A DNA stretch of 64,000 nucleotides. It comes from an uncultured Acidobacteriota bacterium. GTDB taxonomy: Bacteria > Acidobacteriota > Terriglobia > Acidiferrales > UBA7541. The position numbers and the translations under genes are program-made. The DNA lies in NCBI GenBank assembly GCA_963703805.1, contig CAVPFO010000002.1, positions 54,694 to 118,693 on the forward strand, read 5' to 3'. This document shows positions 1 to 9,819 of this stretch, piece by piece. A model generated the notes under the pieces. It did no database searches. It saw nothing but the letters and a program-made list of their open reading frames with translations, and was not told the DNA's origin. Positions within the stretch are counted from its first letter, which is position 1. Every line of letters begins with the position of its first letter.

Positions 1-46
1 TTTATATCACGCGGATTGACAGGACTAATCCTTTAGGGAGAACTCC

Positions 47-1801
47 ATGACGAAAAACGTTTCCGACATACTGGTAGAACGGCTGATCGACTGGGGTGTG
101 GATACAATTTTTGGATTTCCGGGCGACGGCATAAACGGCATCTTCGAAGCCCTGCGCACCCATCAAGAAAAAATCAGATTCATTCAGGTAAGACACGAGG
201 AGGCCGCCGCATTCGCGGCAGTAGGCTACGCGAAATATTCAGGACGGCTCGGGGTGTGCATCGCCACATCAGGTCCGGGCGGAATCCATCTGTTGAACGG
301 ACTCTATGACGCAAAATGCGACGGCCAGCCGGTGCTGGCGATTACCGGGCACACTTTCCACGACTTGATCGGCACGCACTACCAACAGGATGTGGACCTC
401 GACAAGCTCTACATGGATGTCGCCGAGTTCAATCAACGCATCATGGGTCCGGGCCACGTTAACAATATCGTCGATGAGGCCATTAAGACATCTTTGACTC
501 GCCGCGGCGTGAGCCACATCACTATCCCTAAAGACATACAGGATTGGACCTCCCACGATGAGGAACGCTCGAAGGCCAACGTGCCCAAACACAGCGCGGA
601 TCTGTATGCAGCCTCTCATCCTGTTCCATCTGAAGAGTTGCTGCAGGCGGCCGCGGACTTGATCAACCAAGGAACTAAGGTCGCAATTCTTGCTGGGGCG
701 GGGTGCCTCAAGGCGCGCGCAGAAATTTTGCGGCTTGCAGAATTGACCGCAGCTCCCATCGTGAAACCGCTGCTGGGAAAAGCCGTGGTTCCTGACAACA
801 GCCCATACACAACAGGCGGCATTGGATTGCTGGGTACGGCTCCTTCTCAAGAAGCGTTGCAGGAATGCGAGACTCTGATTATTGCAGGGAGTGGATTTCC
901 TTATATGGAGTTTTATCCGAAGCCCGGGCGGGCCAAAACTGTACAGATAGACATTGACCCGGCTCGCATTGGTTTGCGCCACCCGGTGGATGTGGGCCTC
1001 GTTGGCGAATGTAGGTCCGTGCTAAGCGCTCTTTTGCCGCTCATCAAGAAGAAGCAAAACAGAAGCTTCCTTGAAAAAGCACAAAAGAACATGAAGAGCT
1101 GGAATCATCTGTTGGAAGTCCGCGGCACGCGCAAAGATATGCCGATGAAGCCGCAAGTGGTGACCTGGAATCTGAACAAATTACTCGATGACGATGCGAT
1201 CGTTTCCTCTGACAGTGGCACGATCGCAACCTGGAGTGCGCGATACATCGAGATGCGTGGCGAGATGAAGTTTTCACTTTCTGGCTCTCTCGCCACCATG
1301 GCGAATGGCTTGCCTTACAGCATCGGCGCGGCGGTGGCTTTTCCGGGAAGACAAGTGGTCTGCATTGTCGGCGACGGCGGATTGACCATGTTGATGGGAG
1401 AAATCGTCACGCTCGTCAAATACAAGCTTCCGGTGAAGGTGATCGTGATCAAGAACAATGTGCTGGGGCAGATCAAATGGGAACAGATGGTCATGGAAGG
1501 AAATCCCGAATACGGTGTTGAGCTCGAACCGATCGATTTCGCGGGCATCGCAAAAGCCTGCGGCGCGGCTGGGTACACAATCGAGGATCCGGAACAGGCT
1601 GCGTCTATCTTACGCGAAGCGCTTGCGCACGACGGCCCAGTGGTCGTGCAGGCCGTTGTTGACCCGAACGAACCCCCTACGCCCGGTAACATCAGCTCGG
1701 AGCAGGCCTTCAAATTTGCTGAGTCGCTGGTCAGAGGTGAAAAAAATGGCTGGAAAATATTCAAGTCGGTCTTAGGCGACAAAGTGCGGGAAGTGATTTA
1801 A
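47..1801 (+). CDS. thiamine-pyrophosphate-dependent enzyme, pyruvate oxidase / pyruvate dehydrogenase (quinone) PoxB-like
   Basis: 584-aa ORF preceded by GGGAGA RBS. N-terminal TPP-enzyme motifs FGFPGDGINGIFEAL, HEEAAAFAAVGYAK, TSGPGGIHLLNGLYDA. C-terminal TPP-binding motif VGDGGLTMLMGE...KNNVLG. Confidence 0.85.
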   Translation: MTKNVSDILVERLIDWGVDTIFGFPGDGINGIFEALRTHQEKIRFIQVRHEEAAAFAAVGYAKYSGRLGVCIATSGPGGIHLLNGLYDAKCDGQPVLAITGHTFHDLIGTHYQQDVDLDKLYMDVAEFNQRIMGPGHVNNIVDEAIKTSLTRRGVSHITIPKDIQDWTSHDEERSKANVPKHSADLYAASHPVPSEELLQAAADLINQGTKVAILAGAGCLKARAEILRLAELTAAPIVKPLLGKAVVPDNSPYTTGGIGLLGTAPSQEALQECETLIIAGSGFPYMEFYPKPGRAKTVQIDIDPARIGLRHPVDVGLVGECRSVLSALLPLIKKKQNRSFLEKAQKNMKSWNHLLEVRGTRKDMPMKPQVVTWNLNKLLDDDAIVSSDSGTIATWSARYIEMRGEMKFSLSGSLATMANGLPYSIGAAVAFPGRQVVCIVGDGGLTMLMGEIVTLVKYKLPVKVIVIKNNVLGQIKWEQMVMEGNPEYGVELEPIDFAGIAKACGAAGYTIEDPEQAASILREALAHDGPVVVQAVVDPNEPPTPGNISSEQAFKFAESLVRGEKNGWKIFKSVLGDKVREVI

Positions 1802-1838
1802 GCCTGGCTTCCCTTTCAGAAAGTGAGTGTGCCAGGCC

Positions 1839-2810
1839 ATGACCAAGGCTGAAGAGTTACTGAACCCTACGCAGGACATTCGGGAGGCTCAGCACGCGCG
1901 ATATATCGTCGCGCATCACATCCGCGAAGGGCGGTTCCAGCGCAGTCTGGCACTCACTGCAGGCCTTTCTAGCGTGATCGCCGGGATGGAAGTCGCCTAT
2001 GAGCACTATCGCGGAAGCTACGGCCAGAGGATCATGTACACGCCTGTGGCATGCAGTGGGGCTCTTCTGCTCGCCGGGGTCTCTGCAGCCTTCAGCCGGA
2101 AAGCGGCTCGCACTCTACTACCGGCAGTTTCTGCAATCACTCTTGTGGACTGCGGCATCGGGTTCATCTTCCATATCCGCGGTATTCAACGAAAACCAGG
2201 CGGATGGCGGCTTCCTGTCTTCAATATTGTGATGGGGCCGCCGCTTTTCGCTCCTCTTTTGTTCGGCACGAGTGCATACCTGGGTCTTGTGGCTTCGTTT
2301 CTGCGTCGCGAGGAATCCTCTCCAGCCCCGCAGGCAATGCCGCCCTCAGCGCCATGGACGAAGCTCCTGCCGCGGAAATTGCGCGGCGAGGAAATCACAT
2401 TGGTGCAAGATGTGCGGGAGGGAAAGTTTCAAAAACATCTCGCGGCCGCGACGGCTGCCTCAGCCTTTTTCAGCGGCATCGAAGCACTCTACTCGCACTA
2501 TAAAAACAATTTCAAATACAAAGCTCAGTGGAGTCCTATCGTCATCGCAGTCCTGCTGATCGGAGCCGCACTCGGCTCAATTTGGAGTCCCAGAGTCGCA
2601 AAAAAACTGTTGCCGGCGGCGTCCGCGCTCGCAATCCTGGACGGCGGAGTGGGTTTCTTTTATCACGCGCGAGGCGTCAAGCGCCGCCCAGGCGGCCTCA
2701 AGCGTCCTCTGTATAACGTAATGTACGGGCCGCCGATTTTTGCTCCGCTACTGTTCGCCGCCTGCGGATTTCTGGGCATCCTCGCCAGCATGTTCCGGAG
2801 GGAACGCTAA
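1839..2810 (+). CDS. multi-pass membrane protein with internal two-fold repeat, function unknown
   Basis: The two halves share REG(R/K)FQ, E..Y.HY, LLPA.SA..LD.G.GF..H.RG..R.PGG...P..N...GPP.FAPLLF and RRE. The stop overlaps the next start (TAATG, 2807-2812). An alternative GTG start lies at 1827. Confidence 0.6.
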   Translation: MTKAEELLNPTQDIREAQHARYIVAHHIREGRFQRSLALTAGLSSVIAGMEVAYEHYRGSYGQRIMYTPVACSGALLLAGVSAAFSRKAARTLLPAVSAITLVDCGIGFIFHIRGIQRKPGGWRLPVFNIVMGPPLFAPLLFGTSAYLGLVASFLRREESSPAPQAMPPSAPWTKLLPRKLRGEEITLVQDVREGKFQKHLAAATAASAFFSGIEALYSHYKNNFKYKAQWSPIVIAVLLIGAALGSIWSPRVAKKLLPAASALAILDGGVGFFYHARGVKRRPGGLKRPLYNVMYGPPIFAPLLFAACGFLGILASMFRRER

Positions 2811-3577
2811 TGCCTGACTCCATTGAGGAATCCCGGCCGGTCGACCCGGGCACGAGCGAACCCCTCGAGCCTAAAAGCCAGCCGGGCTATTACCCGGAAT
2901 TCCACACCATGAGCCAAATGGAATTTTGGGACGACGCGACCCGGAAAGTAATCGTCGCAAGAGTTGAGCGCGTTCCTCCTATTCGGTTCTTTTCCCCAGA
3001 GGAAGCGCGGCTGATGACAGCAGTCTGCGATCGCATCCTCCCGCAAGATGATCGCGATGACGCACACAGAATCCCAATTGTGAACGCAATTGACGAACGC
3101 CTTTACGAGAATCGCCTCGATGGCTATCGGTACGAAGACATGCCTCCCGACCAGGAAGCGCATCGGCTAGGCCTGAAAGGAATCGAAACAGTGGCGCGGC
3201 ACATGTTTGGAAAGCCATTTCTTGATCTCAGCACTCTCCAACAAGAAAGCGTTCTGGAAACCTTGCATGATGGCAATCCCCCCGCCGCTGATGACATCTG
3301 GAAGCAAATGGATGTGAAACGTTTCTGGCTCCTGCTGGTGCAGGATGTTGTGGGAGCCTACTATGCGCATCCCTACGCCTGGGACGAAATCGGTTTTGGG
3401 GGTCCTGCCTATCCACGCGGCTATATGCGCCTGGAGAACGGCGAGCCCGAGCCCTGGGAAGTAGAGGAGCTCCGTTATGAATGGGCTCCGCCTGTCGATT
3501 CGCCTTCCGGAAAATTTACCAAGGTGGGAGGCGCGGAAGAGCATAAAGCCAGTCCGGGCCAGGGGGGCACGCATTGA
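2810..3577 (+). CDS. gluconate 2-dehydrogenase subunit 3 (gamma)-family protein
   Basis: FFSPEEARLMTAVCDRILPQDD matches the family hallmark (F..E...L....D.I.P.D). Lies directly upstream of a GMC flavoprotein gene and overlaps it. No twin-arginine signal seen. Confidence 0.65.
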   Translation: MPDSIEESRPVDPGTSEPLEPKSQPGYYPEFHTMSQMEFWDDATRKVIVARVERVPPIRFFSPEEARLMTAVCDRILPQDDRDDAHRIPIVNAIDERLYENRLDGYRYEDMPPDQEAHRLGLKGIETVARHMFGKPFLDLSTLQQESVLETLHDGNPPAADDIWKQMDVKRFWLLLVQDVVGAYYAHPYAWDEIGFGGPAYPRGYMRLENGEPEPWEVEELRYEWAPPVDSPSGKFTKVGGAEEHKASPGQGGTH

Positions 3578-5310
3578 AAGCTCCGCTCTTCGGCCGCTTC
3601 AAGTCCCCAGCCGATTCCGTGCACATGCTCGGAGCCATGCAGCGGCTGGAATTTCCTATGCAGCGCTACGGTAATGACGAAGAAGTGGATTACTGCATCG
3701 TTGGCGTTGGTTCTGCCGGTGGCGTCCTATTACAGCGATTGGCGCGAGCCGGATTTAGCGTGGTGGGTCTCGAGGCCGGCCCGTTCTGGGATACAGAGCG
3801 CGATTGGGTTAGTGATGAAGCGGGCTCTCATAAACTTTACTGGAACGAATTACGCATCACCGGAGGCAAAGAACCGCTAGCTCTGGGCGCGAACAATAGT
3901 GGACGCGGAGTCGGCGGCGGGTCGGTTCACTGGGCTGGCTTCACGCCTCGGCTGCACCCGTCCGACTTTCGCGTTCACACGGAAGACGGAGTTGGGGTTG
4001 ATTGGCCAATTTCATATGACGACTTGAAGCCGTATTACGAACTCCTCGAAAAAGAAATTCCGGTTTCCGGCCCGGCCTACTTTCCATGGGGACATCCACA
4101 CGGCTACCCCTACGGCCCCCATCCCATGGGCGGATGCGGGGACATCTTGATCAAAGGCTGTACGAAGCTGGGGATTCGCGTAAGCATCGGCGGTCCTGTG
4201 GCAATCCTTGCCGGATCGCATGGGGATCGGCCGCACTGCATCTATCGTGGCTTCTGCATCCAAGGATGTAAGGTGGGGGCTAAGCAGAGCACGCTGATTT
4301 CTCATGTCCCGGACGCCATTGAGCACAAGGCGGAAATTCGCGCGCACTGCATGGCATCTCGAATCAATCTAGGTGATGACGGACGAGTGACCGGAGTCAC
4401 CTATTTCGACTCCGATGGAAAAGAGGCCGTGCAGAAAGCCAAGGCCATCATCGTCTGCGGTTACGCGATCGAGACACCCCGGTTGCTTCTGAATTCGGCA
4501 TGTCCCGGCCATGAGGACGGTCTCGCAAACTCCAGCGGGACGCTGGGTTGCTACTTGATGGCGCAGGGCGGCAATGTTGTCCTGGGGCGATTCAAAGAAC
4601 TCGTCAGAATGTATAAAGCTCCGCCTGCGCACGCGATGACGGAGGAGTTTTATGAAACCGATCCTAAACGAGGCTTTGCTCGTGGCTTTGCGATTCAGAC
4701 GGTTGGACCGCTGCCCATCGCATTCGCCCGGCAGATGATGGTCGCAAAGGGCGCATGGGGCTGGGGTATGCGTCGGATCATGATGGATTACAACCATTGG
4801 GGAGCCATCGCACTGCTCAGCGAAATTCTTCCTTGGAAGGACAATCGTGTCGAACTCGCCGAACAAAAAGACCGTAACGGAATTCCAGTGGCAAAGGTCA
4901 CGTTCAATCTGCATGAGAACGACAAGAAAGTAATTGCATTCGGAAAAAACAAAGTTATGGAGGTCATGGAAGCTGCGGGCGCCGAAGAGGTCGTCCAGGA
5001 AGCGCGTTACGCGCACCTGGTGGGTGGAGCGCGGATGGGCAATGACCCAAGAACTTCCATAACGGATAAGTTCGGACGAACCCATGACGTGCCAAATCTT
5101 TTCGTGTGCGACGGAAGCTTGCTGCCAACTCAGGGTTCAGCTAATCCGGGTTTGACGATTCAGGCTCTGGCGGCGCGCACCGCCGATTATTTGATTTCAC
5201 AGGGTACAGTCATTTTTTCGAGCTCGAAGAGAAGCATGGAGACGCCGCGAATACGATATGACCTCTCGCCGCCGGATACTTATGGCAAAGGTGTGCCCCG
5301 GTTGGCGTGA
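3574..5310 (+). CDS. GMC-family FAD-dependent oxidoreductase
   Basis: FAD Rossmann motif DYCIVGVGSAGGVLLQRLARAGFSVVGLEAGP. GMC C-terminal region HLVGGARMG...LFVCDGSLLPTQGSANP. The TTG start overlaps the upstream TGA; an alternative ATG lies at 3625. Confidence 0.85.
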   Translation: MKAPLFGRFKSPADSVHMLGAMQRLEFPMQRYGNDEEVDYCIVGVGSAGGVLLQRLARAGFSVVGLEAGPFWDTERDWVSDEAGSHKLYWNELRITGGKEPLALGANNSGRGVGGGSVHWAGFTPRLHPSDFRVHTEDGVGVDWPISYDDLKPYYELLEKEIPVSGPAYFPWGHPHGYPYGPHPMGGCGDILIKGCTKLGIRVSIGGPVAILAGSHGDRPHCIYRGFCIQGCKVGAKQSTLISHVPDAIEHKAEIRAHCMASRINLGDDGRVTGVTYFDSDGKEAVQKAKAIIVCGYAIETPRLLLNSACPGHEDGLANSSGTLGCYLMAQGGNVVLGRFKELVRMYKAPPAHAMTEEFYETDPKRGFARGFAIQTVGPLPIAFARQMMVAKGAWGWGMRRIMMDYNHWGAIALLSEILPWKDNRVELAEQKDRNGIPVAKVTFNLHENDKKVIAFGKNKVMEVMEAAGAEEVVQEARYAHLVGGARMGNDPRTSITDKFGRTHDVPNLFVCDGSLLPTQGSANPGLTIQALAARTADYLISQGTVIFSSSKRSMETPRIRYDLSPPDTYGKGVPRLA

Positions 5311-5413
5311 ATGATTGCCCCCACGTTCTTGCGATCAGCGTTGGTGAGAGTAGGCGGTTAGTGCGAATGATCTTTCCCAGTCGGGACTGAAAGGGAAAAG
5401 AGAGCAGCCACAT

Positions 5414-6430
5414 ATGTCCTCGAACAACGGTAACAAACGGGAAGTCGTTGTGATTACGGGCGCTTCGGCCGGCTTGGGCCGTGCGACAGCGCAGGCATTC
5501 GCGAAACGCGGAGCGCGGATTGGGCTTATCGCGAGAGGAAAAGATGGATTGGAGGGAGCGCGGGTGGATGTGGAGAATGCCGGAGGCGAAGCGCTCGCAA
5601 TCCCAACCGATGTAGCTCACAGCGAAGAAGTCGAAGCTGCAGCGGAGGCAATTGAGAAACAATTCGGCCCGATCGATATCTGGGTAAACAATGCGATGAC
5701 CACGGTTTTTTCGCCTTTCATGGAAATCACGGCGGAAGAATTTAAGCGGGCCACAGAAGTCACTTATCTCGGCACCGTATACGGCACGATGGCAGCAATG
5801 CGGCGTATGCATCCGCGAAATCGCGGAACCATCGTTCAAGTGGGTTCGGCGTTGGCCTATCGCTCGATACCGCTCCAGGCCCCTTACTGCGGGGCGAAAC
5901 ATGCTATTGCCGGATTCACCGATTCGCTGCGGTCAGAACTAATCCATGATCGTAGCAACATCCATCTCACCATGGTGCAGATGCCTGCACTGAACACCCC
6001 GCAATTCAGTTGGTGCAAGACGAAACTGCCGCGCCATCCTCAGCCTGTGCCGCCAATCTTTCAGCCCGAGGTTGCCGCCGAGGCAATTGTTTGGGCCGCG
6101 CATCATCGCCGCCGGGAAGTCTTCGTGGGCGCGCCCACGGTGCAAGCCATCGAAGGAAACAAGCTAGCTCCCGGACTACTGGATACTTATCTCGCCAGGA
6201 CTTGCTACGACGGACAGCAAACCGAGGAGCCCGTAAGTCCCGACAGGCCCAATAATCTCTTCGAGCCTGTGCCGGGCGACCACGGCGCGCATGGCATCTT
6301 CGATAATCGCGCGCGTACCAGCAGCGTTCAACTCTGGCAGACAACACACCGCGCCTCCTGGATACCGGCGGTCCTCGGCATTGCGGCTATTGGATGCGGA
6401 TTATTTCTGCGGAGCAAGCGATGCAGCTAA
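5414..6430 (+). CDS. SDR-family oxidoreductase with hydrophobic C-terminal tail
   Basis: TGASAGLGRA cofactor motif, NNAM, catalytic Y...K (PYCGAKHA). C-terminal IPAVLGIAAIGCGLFL looks like a membrane anchor. Confidence 0.85.
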   Translation: MSSNNGNKREVVVITGASAGLGRATAQAFAKRGARIGLIARGKDGLEGARVDVENAGGEALAIPTDVAHSEEVEAAAEAIEKQFGPIDIWVNNAMTTVFSPFMEITAEEFKRATEVTYLGTVYGTMAAMRRMHPRNRGTIVQVGSALAYRSIPLQAPYCGAKHAIAGFTDSLRSELIHDRSNIHLTMVQMPALNTPQFSWCKTKLPRHPQPVPPIFQPEVAAEAIVWAAHHRRREVFVGAPTVQAIEGNKLAPGLLDTYLARTCYDGQQTEEPVSPDRPNNLFEPVPGDHGAHGIFDNRARTSSVQLWQTTHRASWIPAVLGIAAIGCGLFLRSKRCS

Positions 6431-6951
6431 TCCAGCATAACGAAGATCAAGCGAGAAATTTAGGTTACGGTATTCGTAACAATTCACGGAAGGATATGAG
6501 GCGCCGCCGAGGAATCTTTGGACTTGCTCTGTCAGCTGCTGCCTCGATGAGCGTGATAGCGCTGTATCAGATGGGAATTTTCAAGCACGTTCCGGAACCG
6601 CACGGTTCGCGCTTTGACTCCGACGCAGTTACTGCATCGGCCAAAGCATACTCATTGCTTGAAACACCCGATTCTGTGCTGGCAATTGGCAGTTATGCTG
6701 TCACCATGGCACTCGCTGCGACGGGCTCACCGGACCGCGCTAGAGAACAGCCTCTGCTTCCTGTCCTTTTGGCTGCGAAGGTTGCATTCGACGCGGCGGT
6801 GGCGGCGAAATACACGATCGAGGAATGGAAAGGACACCGAGCCTTTTGTTTCTGGTGTTTGCTCGCCTCCGCGACAACGTTCGCGTCACTGGCATTGGCA
6901 ATTCCGGAGGCCCGCCGCTCAATGCACAACAGTGGGTCGCTCGAAGCCTAG
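6421..6951 (+). CDS. vitamin K epoxide reductase (VKOR)-family membrane protein (tentative)
   Basis: Small multi-pass membrane ORF with CFWC (CxxC) in the last hydrophobic helix. GGAG lies 6 nt before ATG 6421. Overlaps the SDR stop; the ORF could also start at 6394. Confidence 0.5.
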   Translation: MQLIQHNEDQARNLGYGIRNNSRKDMRRRRGIFGLALSAAASMSVIALYQMGIFKHVPEPHGSRFDSDAVTASAKAYSLLETPDSVLAIGSYAVTMALAATGSPDRAREQPLLPVLLAAKVAFDAAVAAKYTIEEWKGHRAFCFWCLLASATTFASLALAIPEARRSMHNSGSLEA

Positions 6952-6964
6952 GTCGGCAAAACAC

Positions 6965-8404
6965 ATGCCTACATTCACTTGCGATTTAACTCAATCTTCG
7001 AAGCCTTTCGCCCATTTCTGGGAGCATACGGTTGGAAGCGGGCACGCCCCGCTTGCCTTGCGCGCGGATTGGCAGGCCCAACTGCGTCGTTGCCACGAGG
7101 AACTGGGCTTTCAGCACGTGCGCTTTCACGCCCTGCTCTCGGACGAAATGGGAACGCTCGTACGCGAGATGGACAAGAACATCTATTCCTTCTTCAATGC
7201 GGATCAGGTAATGGATTTTCTTATTTCAATCGGAATGCGGCCCTTCGTCGAACTGAGCTTCATGCCCGAAGCGTTAGCTTCGGGTTCGACCAGGGTTTTC
7301 AGCTACCAGGCGAACGTCACTCCGCCGAAGAATTATCGCCAGTGGGAAGAGTTGATTCACAAGCTCGCGTCGCACTGGGTCGAGCGCTATGGCGTGGACG
7401 AAGTGCGCGAATGGTTTTTTGAGGTGTGGAACGAGCCCAACCTGAAGGCGTTCTGGACGGGTACTCAGAAGGATTACTTCAAGCTGTATCGGATCACCGC
7501 CAAGGCATTAAAGCGAGTTGATCCGTTACTGAAAGTCGGAGGTCCTGCGACCGCCAAGAACGCCTGGGTTCCGGAATTCCTGGAGTTCTGCGAAAATCGA
7601 AAAGTCCCGGTCGATTTCGTAAGCACGCATCATTATCCGACCGATGCCTTCGGCAAGGCCGGCGCGGATACGCTTTCTCAATTGCAGCACGCGCCGCCCC
7701 ACGTGATGCGCGACGATGTCAGAAAGGTTTGCCGTCAGGCGAAAGGTTTGCCGCGTCTATTACACTGAGTGGAATATCTCCTCGAACCCGCGCGATGCGC
7801 TTCACGATAAGCCGTTCGCGGCAACCTACGCGACCAAGATTATTCTCGAAGCCTGCGGACTTGTCGAAGGCTACAGCTTCTGGACCTTCAGCGACATCTT
7901 CAATGAGAATTACTTTCCTTCGGTCCCGTTTCAAGGCGGATTCGGTTTGCTTGAATCTTCACGGAATCGCAAAACCGATTTATCGCGCATTCGAGCTCCT
8001 GCATCGTTTAGGCACGGAGACTTTTTGACGTAGAGGGCCATCATGAAACCGTCGATGCCTGGTTGGTGGGCGGCCACACGGCGGCTACCATGATGCTTAC
8101 CAACCACGCCATGCCACGGCACCCTATTCGCAAGCAACGGGTAAATGTTCGGCTCAAGAGCGCCCGGCGTCCGCGACGCGTTTACGCCGAAAGAATCGAC
8201 GAGCGGCATGCGAACCCCCGGAGAGCTCTGGGAGTCGATGGGCGAGCCCCGCCTACTTGAGCGCCGCGCAAGTCGAGAAACTGAAGAGAGCTTCGCGAAT
8301 TAGTGAAGGAAGACCAGCGATGGCAATACCAGAATGGACACATGAGCTGTGCCGTGACTGTGCCCCCACACGGGATCGCAGCTGTGACATTTGAGTTCGC
8401 CTGA
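6965..8404 (+). pseudogene. glycoside hydrolase family 39 (beta-xylosidase-like), disrupted by multiple frameshifts
   Basis: The N-terminal half is intact (FAHFWEHTVGSGHA, EVWNEPNL acid/base motif). The continuation (YYTEWN nucleophile region, GGFGLL, HGIAKPIYRAFELLHRLG, LTNHAMPRHPI, ELWESMGEP, YLSAAQVEKLK, GIAAVTFEFA-stop) can only be followed by switching frames at about 7722-7753, 7953, 8022-8026, 8215-8219, 8247-8250 and 8296-8300. Confidence 0.75.
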
Positions 8405-8413
8405 ACCCGACCG

Positions 8414-9797
8414 ATGACGAAATCGACGACCGGCAACGGCAACTCGGACGAAGACGCGATGCTGCATCAATTGCAGCGTGAGACGTTCGAATATTTCGTG
8501 AAGGAATCCAATCTTGCCAATGGTCTTGTAAAAGACAAATCCCAGAAAGGCTCGCCTGCGAGCATCGCGGCCACAGGGCTGGCGTTGAGCGCTTACCCGG
8601 TCGGCGTCGAAAGATCCTTTATGTCGCGCGCCCACGCCGTGGAGCGAACGCTGGCTACCCTTCGTTTTTTTTGGAACAGCAAGCAGGGCACCGGTATGGA
8701 AGCGACCGGGCATCATGGCTTCTACTATCACTTCTTGAGTATGCAAACCGGAAGGCGCGTGTGGAAATGCGAGCTTTCCACCATCGATACCGCTTTGCTC
8801 CTGGCAGGAGCGCTCCTGGCGGCGAGCTACTATGATCGAAATAACAGCGAGGAACGCGAGATCCGTGATCTAGCCGATGGCTTATATCTGCGCGCCGATT
8901 GGCAATGGGCCCAAGCTGGAAAGTCCGCGGTCAGTCACGGATGGAAACCCGGCCAAGGGCGCGGATTTTTGAAATATCGCTGGCAAGGGTATAACGAAGC
9001 GCTCTTGCTAAACATACTGGGCCTGGGCTCACCGGCCCACCCGTTGCCCGAGGAAAGCTACGCGGCCTGGACCTCGGGTTTTCGGTGGGAAGATCACTTT
9101 GGGTACAGGTATCTTTACGCCGGCCCGCTTTTCATTCATCAGCTTCCCCAGGTTTGGCTCGATCTTCGCGGGATTCAGGACCGTTATATGCGCGAGAAGA
9201 GCAGCGATTACTTTGAGAACAGCCGCAGGGCGACGCTTGTTCAGCAGCAATATGCGATCCAGAATCCCCAAAAGTTCGCCAGGTATTCGGGGCATTGCTG
9301 GGGAATTACCGCGAGCGATGGGCCTGGCGATGCAACACGCCACCTCGACGGAGTGCGGCGTAGGTTTTTCGGTTATCGCGCGCGCGGGGTGCCCCGTGGA
9401 CCCGACGATGGCACGATTTCCCCTTGGGCGGCCGTCGACGTCACTCCCTTTCGCGCCAGAGGTCGTTTTGCCCACTATGCGGCACTTCGACCATTTGCGC
9501 CTTCGCGAGAATATGCCATATGGCTTCAAGGCCTCGTTCAATCCGACGTGGAGCGTCAAGGGAAATGCCAATGGTTGGGAAAGTCCGTGGCACTACGGCA
9601 TAAATCAAGGGCCCGTGGTGCTGATGATCGAGAATTACCAAACCGGCCTCATCTGGAAGTTGATGCAAAGATGTCCTTACATCGTCGAAGGATTGCGCCG
9701 AGCCGGTTTCCGGTCGCGAGGCACAGTTGCTGTCATCGCGACCGATCGGGTTCATCCGCTTTCAATAGAAGAAGAGAAGGAGCAATCCGAGCGCTAA
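8414..9797 (+). pseudogene. glucoamylase-family / beta-1,2-glucanase-like (DUF3131, GH144-like) protein with one frameshift
   Basis: The first ~340 aa are in one frame (HGFYYHFL, STIDTALLLAGALL, TISPWAAV). The conserved C-terminus (SLPFAPEVVLPTMRHF, YGFKASFNPTW, WHYGINQGPVVLMIENYQTGLIWKLM) continues in another frame from about 9437. Confidence 0.7.
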
Positions 9798-9819
9798 GCA
9801 CTTGGATTGATGGGAACCG

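Noticed and set aside
6614-6964. N-terminal 117-codon extension of the GH39 ORF overlapping the VKOR-like gene
   Set aside because: The extension is Arg/Ser/Trp-rich with no homology signal. The GH39 similarity begins right after ATG 6965 (MPTFTCDL...FAHFWEH).
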